A DNA stretch of 64,000 bases from Raillietiella orientalis (lineage: Eukaryota): the NCBI GenBank assembly GCA_036172245.1, contig JAYWIR010000017.1, positions 3,534,001-3,598,000 on the forward strand, read 5' to 3'. Both the position numbers and the translations under genes were made by a program. Below the pieces are notes generated by a model. That model was given only the letters and a program-made list of their open reading frames with translations. It was not told the DNA's origin and searched no databases. Positions 27,563-40,589 of this stretch are shown piece after piece; the stretch's first letter is position 1; each line of letters opens with the position of its first letter.

Positions 27563-27832
27563 TGGTGCCCGAATTGCCAGGCGTGACCAGTAAAATAATA
27601 AGCTACCAATCTAATGCGGTGCACATTTTTTTCTTAATCAAATCAAATAAAACGTTTACGCAGATGTATGAAACCCAAATACTATGAAATGTCACCACTT
27701 CCTACACCTCCTGAGCCCAATCCACCATTATTCTGAAAAATTTGCTTTCATCCATTTAGATATCTTTTTTTTGGAAGTTTCCGGGAAACGGCGGAGATGC
27801 CACAAGGCAATGTGATTCGCACATTCATGCAA
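27563..27832 (+). repeat. Diverged direct duplication, copy 2, ending just before a SINE
   Basis: Colinear with 24594-24873, with many substitutions and small indels. Confidence 0.9.
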
Positions 27833-27850
27833 AAGCCATTATGATTAGTA

Positions 27851-28384
27851 GTCCCGCGTTGCCCTCGGCCATGTGTCTGCGGTCTCCGCGCGTGGTACCC
27901 ACTGCGCTGCAGATTCAAATCCCACCCGGGGACTGGCTGGGATTGGGAGCTAACCGTCCGGAATCCTTCCAGGAACAAGGAGCCGGTTTCCTTTCGGTTG
28001 TGAGGAGGGAGCCGTCGCCACGGAGCTGGTCAACGCCCACCTCGGGGAGTTGCCCTTCCGGAGTGTTAAGAAGAAGTATGCTTCTCCCTTCGGGGAGAGC
28101 CCCTCAGAGATTTGGAAGCCTCAGTCAGAAAAGGAAACAGGGAGGCGTTCCCTCGCGGGTGCCCTCCGGAGATGAAATTCAGGAGCGACCCCCTTCGGGA
28201 GGTCTCTTCGGAACGAATGAGGAAGAGATGGTTCCCTTCGGGATTCTCCTGCTAAGCGTTAGAAGAACGGACTCCTTCCTTTGGATCCTTCCTGGATCCA
28301 TGGGGTGGTCTCCTCCCGGGATTGCACCCTTACCTGAAGAGTTTTTACACGCACCCTCGGGCGGCGTAGATAGCGTTTAAAGAA
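27851..28384 (+). mobile_element. tRNA-like SINE (internally shortened)
   Basis: Head ggtctccgcgcgtggtacc…gattcaaatccc; tctccc-ttcg-gggaga (28083-28098); tail ccttcctggatccatgggg…cgcaccctcgggcggcgtagatagcg. Confidence 0.8.
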
Positions 28385-29764
28385 TCTTGTTCTCTCTCTC
28401 TTGTAATTTAGAAAGCTCTCGATCCAAGCTTTTAGAATTTCCAAATTTAGACATACGAGGCTGATTTAGGAAAGGCAGGAGATCCCGAAATCCCGTTCGA
28501 TTTTCTTGCCACTTCGAACAGGACATCCAGGGTTCGGGGAAACTCCATCTCACCCGGACCAGGCGCAGTCATCGTGAAAGGACCAACCGGAGGGTGGAGG
28601 CTGCGAACGCGCGCACCTTCGCACCGACTTGCAGTTGTCCATCTGCGGCGAGCTGGAAGAGCGCGTGGACGGTTCAGGAGAGGAACCGAACGCTTCCGAG
28701 ATTCCACCCCGTCCTGAAACGGCAGTAACCGAGCTGAGATGAAATAGAGTGGCAACCTGACGTCACATGCCATGCTCGAAGTCAATCTGGTTACCGGGAG
28801 GAGAAGATGGGCCGAGGCAACGACGAACACGTATGAAAAATCAAGGGAAAACAAGTGCGGGGATCCATATCGATCCTTCTGAGATCCGAGATTGATAGGG
28901 CAGTCTCGGCAGCCGAAGGAGCAAAACATGTTATACATAAGCAAGCGTGATTTGAACCAGAATTTGTGCAATAAAAGGGTGAAAAAAACTTCCTGTTGGA
29001 GCAGCTATGGCTCCGAGAGGATGTCCTTGATTGATTGCGTCGCGTATTTTTAGTCTTTTGATTTTATTAGGATCGATGGAAGCTTCCTGTCGAGAAAACG
29101 ATGGGATTCTTCGTCCAAGTTCCACTTTCGGGAGAGTTGAGTATTTTTTTCATTTCACTCGGAGAGAATGATGGATCATCTGTGCATGGTAAACGCGGAA
29201 GGATCCTCTGCTTCGGTGCTTGCGGCGTACCTTGAGAAAGCAAGATTCTTAAGCATCCCATATCTCACTTGAGTTTCGGATGGAAAAAAGCATCCGATCT
29301 ATTTGGGAACAAGTAAACATGTAGAGGGAAAATAGAAGAAAATGAAATAGATCGAGCAGTTATAAGCAATCGCAAGCGAAAGAAGCACAGGACGTCATTA
29401 CTTTCTAGCAGGCGGCTGAAATCTCAAGCAGCATCTGAAATCGCATCCCAGGATGTCGAGAGCACGCTGCCAACTCACCCACAAGTGGTAGTTACACGCC
29501 CGCGCGACAATGATAGGCCGGAGGGAATGGCAGGAATTGGGTCAAGAAGAAATGAGCAGCATCTTTTCAGAAATTTCTCCCAGGAACAAAAGAGGTCGAG
29601 TATCTTTTTTTTTTCTTTTTTTTTAAATTAGAACAAATAAGTCTCGGGGTCAATCAAACAAAAGCTCAAAGAGGAAGCGCCATGGAAACTCAGCTCTTGC
29701 AGAAGGAGATCCAAGAAAGGAAAACTTCGGTCAGACTGCTCATGAGGCACAACAGGGTGTTCGA

Positions 29765-30423
29765 TAAAGGAGATGAAAACCTTGATGGATGAAGAAGGCG
29801 GGAGAGACCTTTGGGAAAAGGAGACATGCGGAAAGGATGTGCAAGAAAGGATGAAAAGAACTTCGGAAGAAACTCTGCAAACTCTGTCCAGAAGCTCTGT
29901 CTCCGCGCCTCGTACCGACCGTTGCGGGTTCGAATCCCTTTCGGGGAAGTAACGACGCCGAGGGATGGGTACGTAGTAGATTCGAGTCCTCACCACAAGA
30001 TGACGGCGGTTGACCCATAAGCTTCGGGTGCGGAGGCACTGGCCGAAACCGGATGTCCCCGTTGACTGACCGGGTTGGAAGACGACCCTCCGGCTTCCTT
30101 CCAGGAACCAAGGCGTCGGTTCCCTTCAGCGTTTCCCTCCGGTGGTGAAAATGGAGCCGTCCTTTCCCCCTCGGGTGGGGAGTATCTTCCATCGCGTACC
30201 ATGGAACTGGTCGAGACCCCCTCGGGGTGCCTCTCCAGAGTGTAAGAAGCGCGCTGCTGCCTTCGAGGAGCACCCTTCACAAAAACTTGGAAGCAACCAA
30301 AAGCAGCCATCTTCAGTCATCCTTGCAGCAGCCAAATCGGGAATCGAATGGAGCGTTTGCTTCGACCTCAGCCGCTAATAAAGCACTGTGTTTCAAGACA
30401 TCTACTCTTCGAATTTCAGACAA
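29765..30423 (+). repeat. 659-bp inverted duplication, left arm
   Basis: Reverse complement of 35158-35816 with about 6 substitutions seen; mirrored ORFs appear in the ORF track. Confidence 0.97.
29899..30280 (+). mobile_element. tRNA-like SINE, partial, inside the left arm
   Basis: gtctccgcg…gggttcgaatccc…gattcgagtcc…ccacaagatgac…ccttccaggaaccaagg…ccatggaactgg, as in the other copies. Confidence 0.8.
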
Positions 30424-31638
30424 AATGAATGCATCGAGCTGCCTCTAGGTGCGAGGATTCCGTTCCTTGTTTTGTTTGTGTCACGAAGACAGAATCTTGT
30501 GTTTTCCTCCCCCTCCCCTCCTCTTCCCCCGTAAATTCATAGACAAAAAGCTGTGATGCACTTCTTAACGACAGAAGAAAAGGCAAGTCGGCATGTCTTT
30601 TCATCAGTAATGACGCCTATAAAATTCGGCAAAGCAGCACAAATACTTGGTTAAAGAGATTTAACCAACTGGAGCTGTACTGCACCACTCCTACCATCTC
30701 CATGGAAACTCTTGCAGCACACTGAATTCCTTTGGATTCTCTACGTGCCTTCGTGCTTTCTTCCCGGATCCCTTGCTTTGGCCATATTTGCCTAATTGTC
30801 TGACTTGAACATGCACACACACACATACATTGATGGCAGGGATTCTAGATCCAGATCCCAGCCTCCACCTTCCTCATGTGTTCTGATTCTTCAGGACGGA
30901 TAACAAAGCTTCGAATCAACTTTGCAAGAATCAGTACCCTGACTGGGCAGGAGCGCACCCACTTCTGATCCATCAGCTAGCCGAGGAACCTGCAGTCATA
31001 CTTCACGTCTCATCACCATCGATTCCTTCCGGAACCTGCATCTTTCGCTCGCGCCCCTCGCTCCGCCGGCCTTTTCCAGCTCCACCACCTTTGTGATGTT
31101 CTTCGTTCCGCATGGTGCGGAGATCCGAGCAGTTGATTGCCGTGAGCACGAGCTCGGATCGCGAACCTGTGAGCTCCCAAAAGAGATGTCCAGCAACAGT
31201 GATGGACCCCTGAGTTCATGACATCAGAATGCACTCCAAGAAATAGCATAGAGTATTTATGAATTGTAGAAGGTTTTCTTGTGGGTGGAACCAAAGAAAG
31301 GTGTTAAACGATCGTAGTCGTATCGACGAGCTCGTCGTAGAGAATCCTCAGGGAATAGAAAGCCTAGTGAAGTAAAAGGGTGCCCTGCGTACATGAAATG
31401 TACATAAGAACGCCTTATCATTTCATCCAGTGATTCCACATGTTCACTCCGCACTGACATGAGATCGAAAGAAGCGGTTCGAGGTTGAGCCCGTTCCTCC
31501 AACGCAAACTGCACTTCCCGATAGTTTTCGTGTATGATTCTTCCTTCGTCAGCAGACGCGGTTTGCGTGTGGTTCACTGATTTGCTGGGTGTCTCGCTGT
31601 TCCTTCCCCTTCTCGTCTCCACCAGCAGCGACAACAAA

Positions 31639-32747
31639 CGCGAACGGTAGTTCCTGACTGCAGGAAACCGTTCGCACGTGGGCAAGGATCCAGGAGCCAA
31701 GCGCAGAACAGGTGCGACGTTTCCTGTACGCGAGCAACAACCCTCCGGGAGATCCTGGAAGATCCTGTGAAGAGTGCGTGGGCAAGCAGAACCTCCCTCG
31801 CCGCTGAGCTGTCCTCCCTTCAGGAACACATGGGAAGCAGCCTCGCAGCTAGATGGGAGGTTACCATGGGAAATCTTCGGAAGGAGGAAAGGACTGGACG
31901 AGTGGACGACGGGCTGCGAACTGACGCTGCGACCCGATTGCTCGAACTCGTGGACTTTTGCGCGCTACTGGGCGTGCTACTGGGTATTCCAGAGGAAGAC
32001 CTGCAGGGGTCCCCGTAGCTCACGAACACCTGCACCCTCCCCTTAAAGTGACAGGAGTCTCGACTCTTCTGATGCTGCACTGGGGCCTTCCGTGCAGCGC
32101 CCGCCGGCATCACTTGACACGGGAAGAAAGGGTGGATCCAAACTGTGCCTGGTGTGGGGAGCGGGAATCCCTCCCTCACCTCCTAGTGGACTGTGTTGCT
32201 CTCCGCCCCCATTGGGGACACTATGCTGCAATCCTTGGAACCCCGGAGGCAACGCCCGAAACGTTATAAGGGGCCTCTTCCTGTGCGGCGCCCTCACTCC
32301 GGTCGCATCCCCAGCAACACGTTGGTGTCCACGCCTTGGAGCCGTGACCGCATGAAGAAACTCCAGAGGAGGCCAGGATGACAGCGACGCCATCTATTTT
32401 GCTGCCCTCTTCATGAGGATAGCGTGTCAAGATGGCCCCATCTGGGAGTCTTGAAGCAGGAACTTGCCGGCATCCTGCAAAGGATGCAGAGAACACTCTC
32501 CAGCACACAGTGATCCCTTCCCGAACCAACGCTTTCTTTGACTGTATGTTTTCTGTTTTGTTTTTTTCTTTTTGTTTGTCTCTGCTTCCCCTGTGCCGTC
32601 GAGGCAAACCCTGCTGGCCTGCGTGCCAGATCCCGGCAGGTTCCTCTTCGTAGTTATAAATAACGTGGCAGGATCAAACGTCCTGCCACAGACATGGATG
32701 TTTATTTTTTCTTATAACTAAATGCTCCGGCTTGACCGAGTGTCAAC
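31639..32747 (+). mobile_element. 5'-truncated L1/Tx1-like LINE (subfamily A)
   Basis: Intact CX2CX7HX4C finger DPNCAWCGERESLPHLLVDC; 3' end very similar to 10500-10780 (minus); terminal ccggcttgaccgagtgtcaa; degenerate TSD cagcgacaacaaa (31626-31638) / cagcgacgacaag (32748-32760). Confidence 0.88.
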
Positions 32748-34557
32748 CAGCGACGACAAGCCGAGTCAGTAGAATCTGGTAACCCACGACGCAGCACCAC
32801 AGAGTGCCCACGAGACTCTTGCCACTCAAGAAGAGGTCACGCTATGTTAAATCGCGCATTTTCAAGATGCGATGCTTGAAATTTGACGCAACATACCTTA
32901 TGTGATTTTTTTATATTACGTTACATGAAAATATATATATATATAAGCACACACACGACACACGATGCGATGGACACGTTTCACGTAGAGGCACAAGTTA
33001 TTTCATGTAAACTTGGTATTTATTTCATGTTTGATTTTCTGCCACGCTCCTGGATAGAATTTTCGAACGGTGGTCCCCTCCGAAGCCGAGATTCGTAAAA
33101 CCCGATGGAAAAATTGCCGCGACCCACGTGCAGAGCGGTAAATCAGCCCCGCACAATGCGCGGTAGACCGACTTCCATTTTGTGGCACAGTGTCAGCTCA
33201 GCCGTCTTTCAAAAGGATATGGGCACACGATTTAAGTAGGTTGGAATCCCCATTCTCGTGAATGGAACAGCGCAAGAGGATGTGGTGCATTCGCATTTTA
33301 AGGAGGGAGAGGAGTCCAAAATATAGAATTGGTCATATGGATTGAACATCAGCAAAACTCGAAGAGCTTTCTTTTCTTTTTTACTTTAATTTAAATAAGC
33401 ACTGGAGAACTTTCTTTCGATCTCAAAGTGAAATAATGAATGCTCTACTATTATAACATTTCGATGTATATTTTTCATCCCTCATACATACCTTATAATC
33501 CATGTCTAATCTATATGGCCAATATAACGCGGGTTTGTGTACCGCGCAACGGACCGACCGCGTTATACGAGTCCGCTGTGTGTGGCTGGCTTGGCTTGCA
33601 TTTTGTTACCTCAGGAGCATTGCAAAGGGTTTCAAAATTTTCGGTGGTTAATCCATCCAGAAATTGAATAGCTCATACTTGAAAAGAAAGTCCTGTATGC
33701 ACATGTTGCAAGGAGATCGTTCGAGTTTACTCGGCTGGCTTTCTTGCACCACAGTTTGAAAGTTTCTTCATCCACATTGAAATTTCCATCCCCATTTCGT
33801 CCAGGATTCTTCCATTGCCTCCTCCAGCTCAATAAACTCGTGTTCCTGCATTGGGCTGGACTGGAACTGATCCGAATCCGATAATAGGCAAATTTTAGAG
33901 TCTGCCACACGGTATCTCGGCAAAATTCTGCTTCGTGCCAAAGCTGACTCCCTTAAATTCTCCCCTGGACTCTCGAGTCCAGAGTTTGAACCTTTACTTG
34001 TGTCTTTGGGACTCCCTCCTTTCCGTTGCATCTGCTTGTCGTTTTTTGTTTTATCGTCTGCACGGTGCTTTGCGGTTCTATTTGAATTCAAGGTGAACCT
34101 GTGTACGTCTTCACCGGCCACAAATCGCGCCGTCATTGTGCCGAGTACGGCTACAGCATGAAAAATCGTCAGTGTCGGTGAATTGTCCCTGCAATGGGCA
34201 AAAATGTCTCCCGGGATTGGAATGCAAAGGAAAAAAAAAAAATTTTATGCCTGCATCTTGAAGAAAAATGCCACGGTGTACCTTCTTGTCCTGGCTTGTT
34301 TCCAAGAGACGGCTCGTCTCACGTGCTCTAGAATAGAAGATACACCACTTGTTCTGGGAGAGTTCAAGATGGCCACCTGTGACCGTTTCCCGCCTGGGGA
34401 CTGCAGGCATGCATTCGCCTGTGATTAGGAACACTCATGTTTGCGTCCCGGGTCGTGGGCTCGTGACTGCAATCCATGGGATGTCGCTGTTCCTCAAGTG
34501 TCGATTGCCCAAATGGAGAACGCGAAGGAAAACGCATGCGACCTTGCGCCCCATGAA

Positions 34558-34763
34558 ACCAAAGATCCTTGCCCTTCCTAACCACTTTTTTTTTTTTTTT
34601 GCTGTTGTTGTCCCATTGCCCCGCCTTCCTTCCGGACTTTCCGTTTTCCTGGCCTGCTTGTAGTGGACCTTCCCCTTTGTTTCTTTCTGTCTTCGGTTGG
34701 GAACTTGGTTCCCGACTGGTTTACTTTTATAAAACAAAGGTCTTGGCTTGACCGGGTGAAAAA
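34558..34763 (+). mobile_element. LINE subfamily B 3'UTR-only insertion
   Basis: accaaagatccttgccc…T-run…ggttgggaac…cccgactggttta…ttggcttgaccgggtgaaaaa matches the 3'UTR at 8317-8555 (minus). Degenerate TSD ccttgcgccccatgaa / ctttgcacccatgaa. Confidence 0.8.
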
Positions 34764-35157
34764 CTTTGCACCCATGAAGACTGCTCTGTGAGTGGTGCTT
34801 TGAATGCGCATGTCGCTCTTCCACCTACCCCTTGCTCCCTCAGACCTGATAGCATGAATATCATATACGTAGAATTGGCACTTCATCCACGTCCACCATA
34901 GAAAAAAAAAATCGTTTGCTTGAGGGTCTCATAGCGGACTGGTCTCCTCTCCCCTTTGATCTAAAAGATTTCATTCGTAGGATCAATCGTATGAGGAAGG
35001 GTCAGTAAAGACCTTCCATATAAGACGAGGGAAATATAAACAAAGGAAACCATGGGTTGCTTCTCACACATGGCACATTCTTTGATTTTCTCGAAGCTTC
35101 AACATCTTCACTTCCCACTACCAAAGCCATGTCCTTGTATACCTCTGTGCTTTCAGC

Positions 35158-35816
35158 TTGTCTGAAATTCAAAGAGTAGATGTCTTGAAACACAGTGCTT
35201 TATTAGCGGCTGAGGTCGAAGCAAACGCTCCATTCGATTCCCGATTTGGCTGCTGCAAGGATGACTGAAGATGGCTGCTTTTGGTTGCTTCCAAGTTTTT
35301 GTGAAGGGTGCTCCTCGAAGGCAGCAGCGCGCTTCTTACACTCTGGAGAGGCACCCCGAGGGGGTCTCGACCAGTTCCATGGTACGCGATGGAAGATACT
35401 CCCCACCCGAGGGGGAAAGGACGGCTCCATTTTCACCACCGGAGGGGAACGCTGAAGGGAACCGACGCCTTGGTTCCTGGAAGGAAGCCGGAGGGTCGAC
35501 TTCCAACCCGGTCAGTCAACGGGGACATCCGGTTTCGGCCAGTGCCTCCGCACCCGAAGCTTATGGGTCAACCGCCGTCATCTTGTGGTGAGGACTCGAA
35601 TCTACTACGTACCCATCCCTCGGCGTCGTTACTTCCCCGAAAGGGATTCGAACCCGCAACGGTCGGTACGAGGCGCGGAGACAGAGCTTCTGGACAGAGT
35701 TTGCAGAGTTTCTTCCGAAGTTCTTTTCATCCTTTCTCGCACATCCTTTCTGCATGTCTCCTTTTCCCAAAGGTCTCTCCCGCCTTCTTCATCCATTAAG
35801 GTTTTCATCTCCTTTA
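35158..35816 (-). repeat. 659-bp inverted duplication, right arm (contains a SINE piece at ~35300-35682)
   Basis: Reverse complement of 29765-30423. Confidence 0.97.
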
Positions 35817-38800
35817 CTGAAAATCCTGGATCTGGTTTCGAACCCATCTTCACGAGCAAGAGCTCAGCATCGTGAGCTGCAAAGAGTCTGCTAGGGATCC
35901 CACGATGGTTCAGGGAACCTGGATACAGACACACGCCATTCCAACCTCCCATTTGGCACGCTTCGCAACGCGGGTGTAGATCTATTCGAGCCCGTGATAG
36001 ACTTTTGGATCCCTGATCGTTGGCATCCAAAATGAAACTCTGTGCTCAAAAGGGGAGGGTTTTCCTCTCTTCCTCTTTCTCTAAACGAACTTCGCTTCCA
36101 AAGTTCCAATTTTTTTTTTTATACATCACGCGCTGCACTCGTGTTTCCAGAGCTTCGTGAGGGTCATTTCCCTGTCCACGACCGACGAGATGGAGCTTAT
36201 CTTCTCCTGCCAGTGTGTTCCCTCAGAATGATGACGTAGCGGAACGTGGCCGGAATGGGAGCAGCAAACTCATTCTCCAGAGCCTTTTGGTCAGCGCCAC
36301 CAACTGCGTTGCCAGCCGCCTGAACTTTGTTGATATAGCCGCGCTCAGAGTATGTGACCCAGCACCGAGAAGAACCGCTCCGCGGAGTCTTGCTATGGGA
36401 GAGACCGGGAAAGGCTTAATTGAAGATGTAGAAGTGCCACCTGAGCCTTCAGGAGATGCCAGCGTGCTCCCTGCCAGGATGGGTCACAGAGGCCATGAAG
36501 ATGGTCACGAACTTGCCGATCTTTCCCATGCCTTGGAAGCCATCCATCGTGTGCCACAGGATCTCGTTTGGTCTCACCCAGTCCTCTGTACTCGTTGATG
36601 GCTGCCACGCCTGAGGAAGGGGGGAGGATTCTGTGCAGGAGAAGCATATCGTTGCTCATTTCAGCATCCCCGTTCAACTAGTGTAGGCTGCTCTGTAGTC
36701 TCCCCTCGTCTACTTGTCTCGCCTCCCTAGAACAAGTGTTGTGCTGAATGCCGAAACCACGAAACAGTGGTCACATCTTTGGAGTTCACGATCGGAAATC
36801 TGTTGAACAAGGAATAAAGGGTCACGGGACAGTCCCAGTTTGGGATGAAGGAGGAGGCGGAGGAAAAACCACGTCCGTTGATGTTACATGCTCCAAGAAA
36901 AAAAAAAGAACACAGCAGGAAAAAAATTTTTTAATTCCTTGATCAAAAAAAGGAACTCGTAAGAATCGAAGGGCCGAAGGGTTCCCCTGCATCTCTTCTC
37001 TTTCTTTCCCTCTTCCGAAATGTTGCTGACTAAGCGCTAGCATTGCTCAGCCGTTCGGTCAATCACCTGTGTTAGCAGGACCCAGTCGGCACTCTTAAAA
37101 GCATTCGACGTCAAAGTTTGAAGTCCCAAGTCCCTTGCCACGACGATGAAGCACGGGGACCCGTCTGCCGGTGTCCAAACCGTCCCGAGCTGTTTCGTGA
37201 TGGCCCGTCCAACCAAATCTCTTTAACCCACGTCCTTCTGTTGCTTAATTCTTAAAAGTATCGCGAGTTTACAACCCGTTGTTCTTTGTGCCGCTTCCTT
37301 CTGTATCCGCTTTTGTCCACTTCCCTCTCATCTTCCTGGGAGTTTGAGCATCTTTGGGGGAAAGAGACCGTACGTTTTCCTATTCTCGGCTTGCGTTTTG
37401 TATGAGGGCAACGGTTCGTGTTGCGCTTTAGTTTTCGTGGGAGCTGGAACAGCATATTCCAAAGAAGCGAAAAGAAAAGAAGAAAAAAAGCGTTGGCGAA
37501 TTTCCATGGACACGGCAACAACGGAGGCAGACGGACTTCGGAAAAGTAGAACAAAATTGGGATGCAGCAGTTCCATCTCCTGCTGTTAGTCTCGGACTCC
37601 CTTGACTGAGGTTGAGAGGATTCATCATCATTCCTTACCTTTGTCTGGCGACTGAGCTTTGATTCCTAGAAGAAAACCCCCCAGCATCCAATAGGAAAAT
37701 ATTTTCAGGATCTAATGGATGAGTGGCGCTCTCTGGACCAGTGAAAATGGAGCCAAGTTATTTTGTACTTAGAAAAAAAGAATTTGGTGCTCTCGAGATT
37801 AATCGGATCCCGCCTCGATACATCAGAGCGATCAATTGAAGAAGAATCTGTTTGTTGATGCTGTGCAGCTGCTGCGAGCCGATAAACCGAAAGTCCGTTC
37901 TCTAGTGATCATGCAAGGCACATGCGCGGCACTCATGCCACCTACAAGCGTAGGTGGCATGAGTGCATCCTTCTGAGGCGGAATACCCGGACTATTGGCG
38001 TCAGCCGGGGATGCAAATTTCCTTCTCCATCCAACCTCGAAGGGAAGAAAATCTTACTGCCTAGACGACGCGAAGGTCGTGGCATCGCCGCACGCACAGC
38101 ACGAAGCCACGAAGTCTGATGAGCATCTCGTCTGCACCGTTTAAGCGAATAAGATGGAGATGCCGTCGTCTTGCAAGATGAAAAATCCAATCTTCCTGGC
38201 CTGCCGCTTCTATCCTTGACGATGCGTGACACCGCACTTGGTGCTGCTTCGTGCGCTTGTGCGTGTGGCACCGAACTGGAGAAGCTTGTCTTTTGCATAG
38301 GAGGCAAAATTCCTTCCCTCACAGTCCCTGCGCCCTCTCGAAATTGAAGCGGCAAGCCGTGTTGTCTGGAAGCAAGGTTTCCTCTTCTTTGCTCTTCTTT
38401 TGTTTTTCGCACCATCCAGCCCCAGCCCTTTGCTCCCTCGCCATGTTTTGGCCCCATCTTCGTTCCAGCTGTGGATAGGCCTGCATGCAGACATGCCCAT
38501 GGGGGAAAGACACACCTGCTGGCGTTCCCGAGTGCGGAGACTTCGGACGAGGATGCCGAACCTCTGGAGCACTCCAGGGGATTAGCTCGTAATTTCGGAG
38601 GAGATTCCTTTCTCGGAGTTTCTCCCAAAAGGAGAGGCCGGCTGCTTTGCCGGTTGCTGCTTGTGCGAAACTTCTAGCGACGAAAATTCGCTTCTCTTCC
38701 TGCCGTCGTCTTCGTTTGCATCCTCGTCCGTTTCCGACCGGCGGCGACCAGAGGGATTGCGTTCTCTCCCAGTTTCCTCCACGAAAGCGTTTCCGCGGGA

Positions 38801-39862
38801 ACGCAGGCAGCAGCAGCGATGCACAGTCGGAGTTGCCGTGCATCGAATGGGCGCGCGCACCCTCCCCGCGTTGTTTCTTTTCGTTCTTTCTTTTTTTTTT
38901 TTCCTGTTTTGTTTTCCCGGGGAGAACCACGTGCTGTCGGTTATCACATCCCGCAACGATCGCATGACGAAAGGGAAAACGGGGAAGAGACGACCTCTCA
39001 GAATGACGCCGTGACGAATGCTTGCTCCAGCGTTACGACATTCGATAAACCGCCATGGTTCGCGCGCGCGGATGTCAGGCGAGAGAGAGAGAGAGAGAAG
39101 GAGAGGCTCTTTCAGCCTTCCCCCCCAGTCTCTCCCGTTCGCCGGGGGAAGATGCAAAGAGTGTTGGTTTCACGTGCGACGGTCCCGTCCGCCTGCCCGC
39201 AGAGACAGTGTGGTCACGAGTGGCCATTAGCCCGGATTTATCGTTCATAAAGTTAAGTTGCGGCCGTAATTGCTTGTTAACAGTTGTTCGGAAGAAAGCT
39301 CGCCTGGAGGATGCTGCGACGCGGACCGAAATCTGCACGCGCGCGCGCTTTTCGCTGGAGATGCTCCCGCCACCTTAGAAAGACTCGATCCCGAACTTCT
39401 CCCGGGCTTTGCGAGGATGTCGCCGCGGGCTGCAGCACACGGAACTGGCAGCAGCCGTTCGGAACTCGTGAAGCGGAATGAGAGATCTCCGGATAGCACT
39501 TTTCCGAGATGCCTTTGAAGCCACCTTATCGCCTGGACACGATTCCCCTCTGCGAATTCCTCTTTGTCACTAGTCCTATCTTCATTCAGCTGAAGGGGGA
39601 ATTTCGGGTGCAAAGGATGCGCTTTCTTCTGGTCGCGTTGCGAATTTTCATCGTCCCAACATTCCGAAGAGTAAATGGGGTTCCAGTTTGTGGGACTTCC
39701 TTTTTGGCTCGGCGCCGCTCCTTCTGGGCCGAAAGAATTCTGGAAGGAGAGATGAGGGGAAAAAAAGAGCCAATCGGGGCCTCCTGCCAAAAAGACGAGC
39801 TCCAACGTGGAAGTCATTGTGAAGCTGATGGTTTGTCCAGCCTCGCGCTTTGCTTCCACACA

Positions 39863-40580
39863 GCCAGCGTTGGCGGCCGTGTCGCTGCGGTCTCCGCGTC
39901 CGGTACTGAGCATTGCAGGTTCGAATCCCTCCCGGGAAAGGATCGGCGCCGAGAACGCGCCGAGAATTTGCAGTCCCCCCCCACAAGATGACTCTAGCTG
40001 GCGAAAGAAAATACTCGCATAGAGCAGGAGCCCGAGCTCATACTGACCCATAGCTGTCGCGAATAGGAAACAACGTGCCTCGAAAGGATGATACGCAAGA
40101 GATGAGAAATCCTCACGCGTGATGAATTTTTCATAGAAACAGACGGGGCTCGTTTCAGAAGTTCCTTATTCCGTTCCTCCCTGTCATCCCTCCCCGTAGG
40201 CCGAAGTTGACCCATGCAATAAGCTTCGGGTACGTGGCACTGGTGGAAACTGGATGACCCCGGTGACTGACCAGGATCGGAAGTTGACCCTCCGGGGTCC
40301 TTCCAGGAACCAAGAAGCCAGTTCCTTTCCGTTGCCATGGAGCTGACTGATGCCTCCCTCGGGGAGTCTTTCCAGAATGTCTAGAAGCTCTCTCTTCTCC
40401 CTTCGGAGTTCTCTTCAGAGGAGGAATCAAGATTTTGTTCCCTTGCGGGTGCCCCTCTGAAGAAGAAACTCCAGGAGTGGATACCTCCCGGGTTCCCTTC
40501 GAAGAAGAAACGAGGAGCGGCCCCACAAACTGGAAAATTCCTCCGGAGAGAAAAAAGAAGGAGCACTCCTGCCAAGCGTA
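39863..40580 (+). mobile_element. tRNA-like SINE with a ~200-bp internal insertion and no tail
   Basis: Head ggccgtgtcgctgcggtctccgcg…ggttcgaatccc…ccacaagatgac; resumes gttgacccat…taagcttcggg at ~40206; repeat array to ~40580. Confidence 0.8.
40060..40194 (+). repeat. 135-bp inverted repeat, copy 1
   Basis: Reverse complement of 42664-42798 with few mismatches. Confidence 0.92.
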
Positions 40581-40589
40581 AGCTCTCCT

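Noticed and set aside
29899..29995. Functional tRNA gene
   Set aside because: A T-arm/B-box is present but no complete cloverleaf or terminator; it is embedded in a dispersed repeat.
29765..35816. Polinton/Maverick or MULE defined by the 659-bp arms as TIRs
   Set aside because: No TSD, no characteristic termini and no integrase, polymerase or transposase between the arms.
38110..38185. Hammerhead ribozyme (CTGATGAG followed by a stem)
   Set aside because: The GAAA core does not follow the candidate stem II, and no cleavage-site helix is evident.
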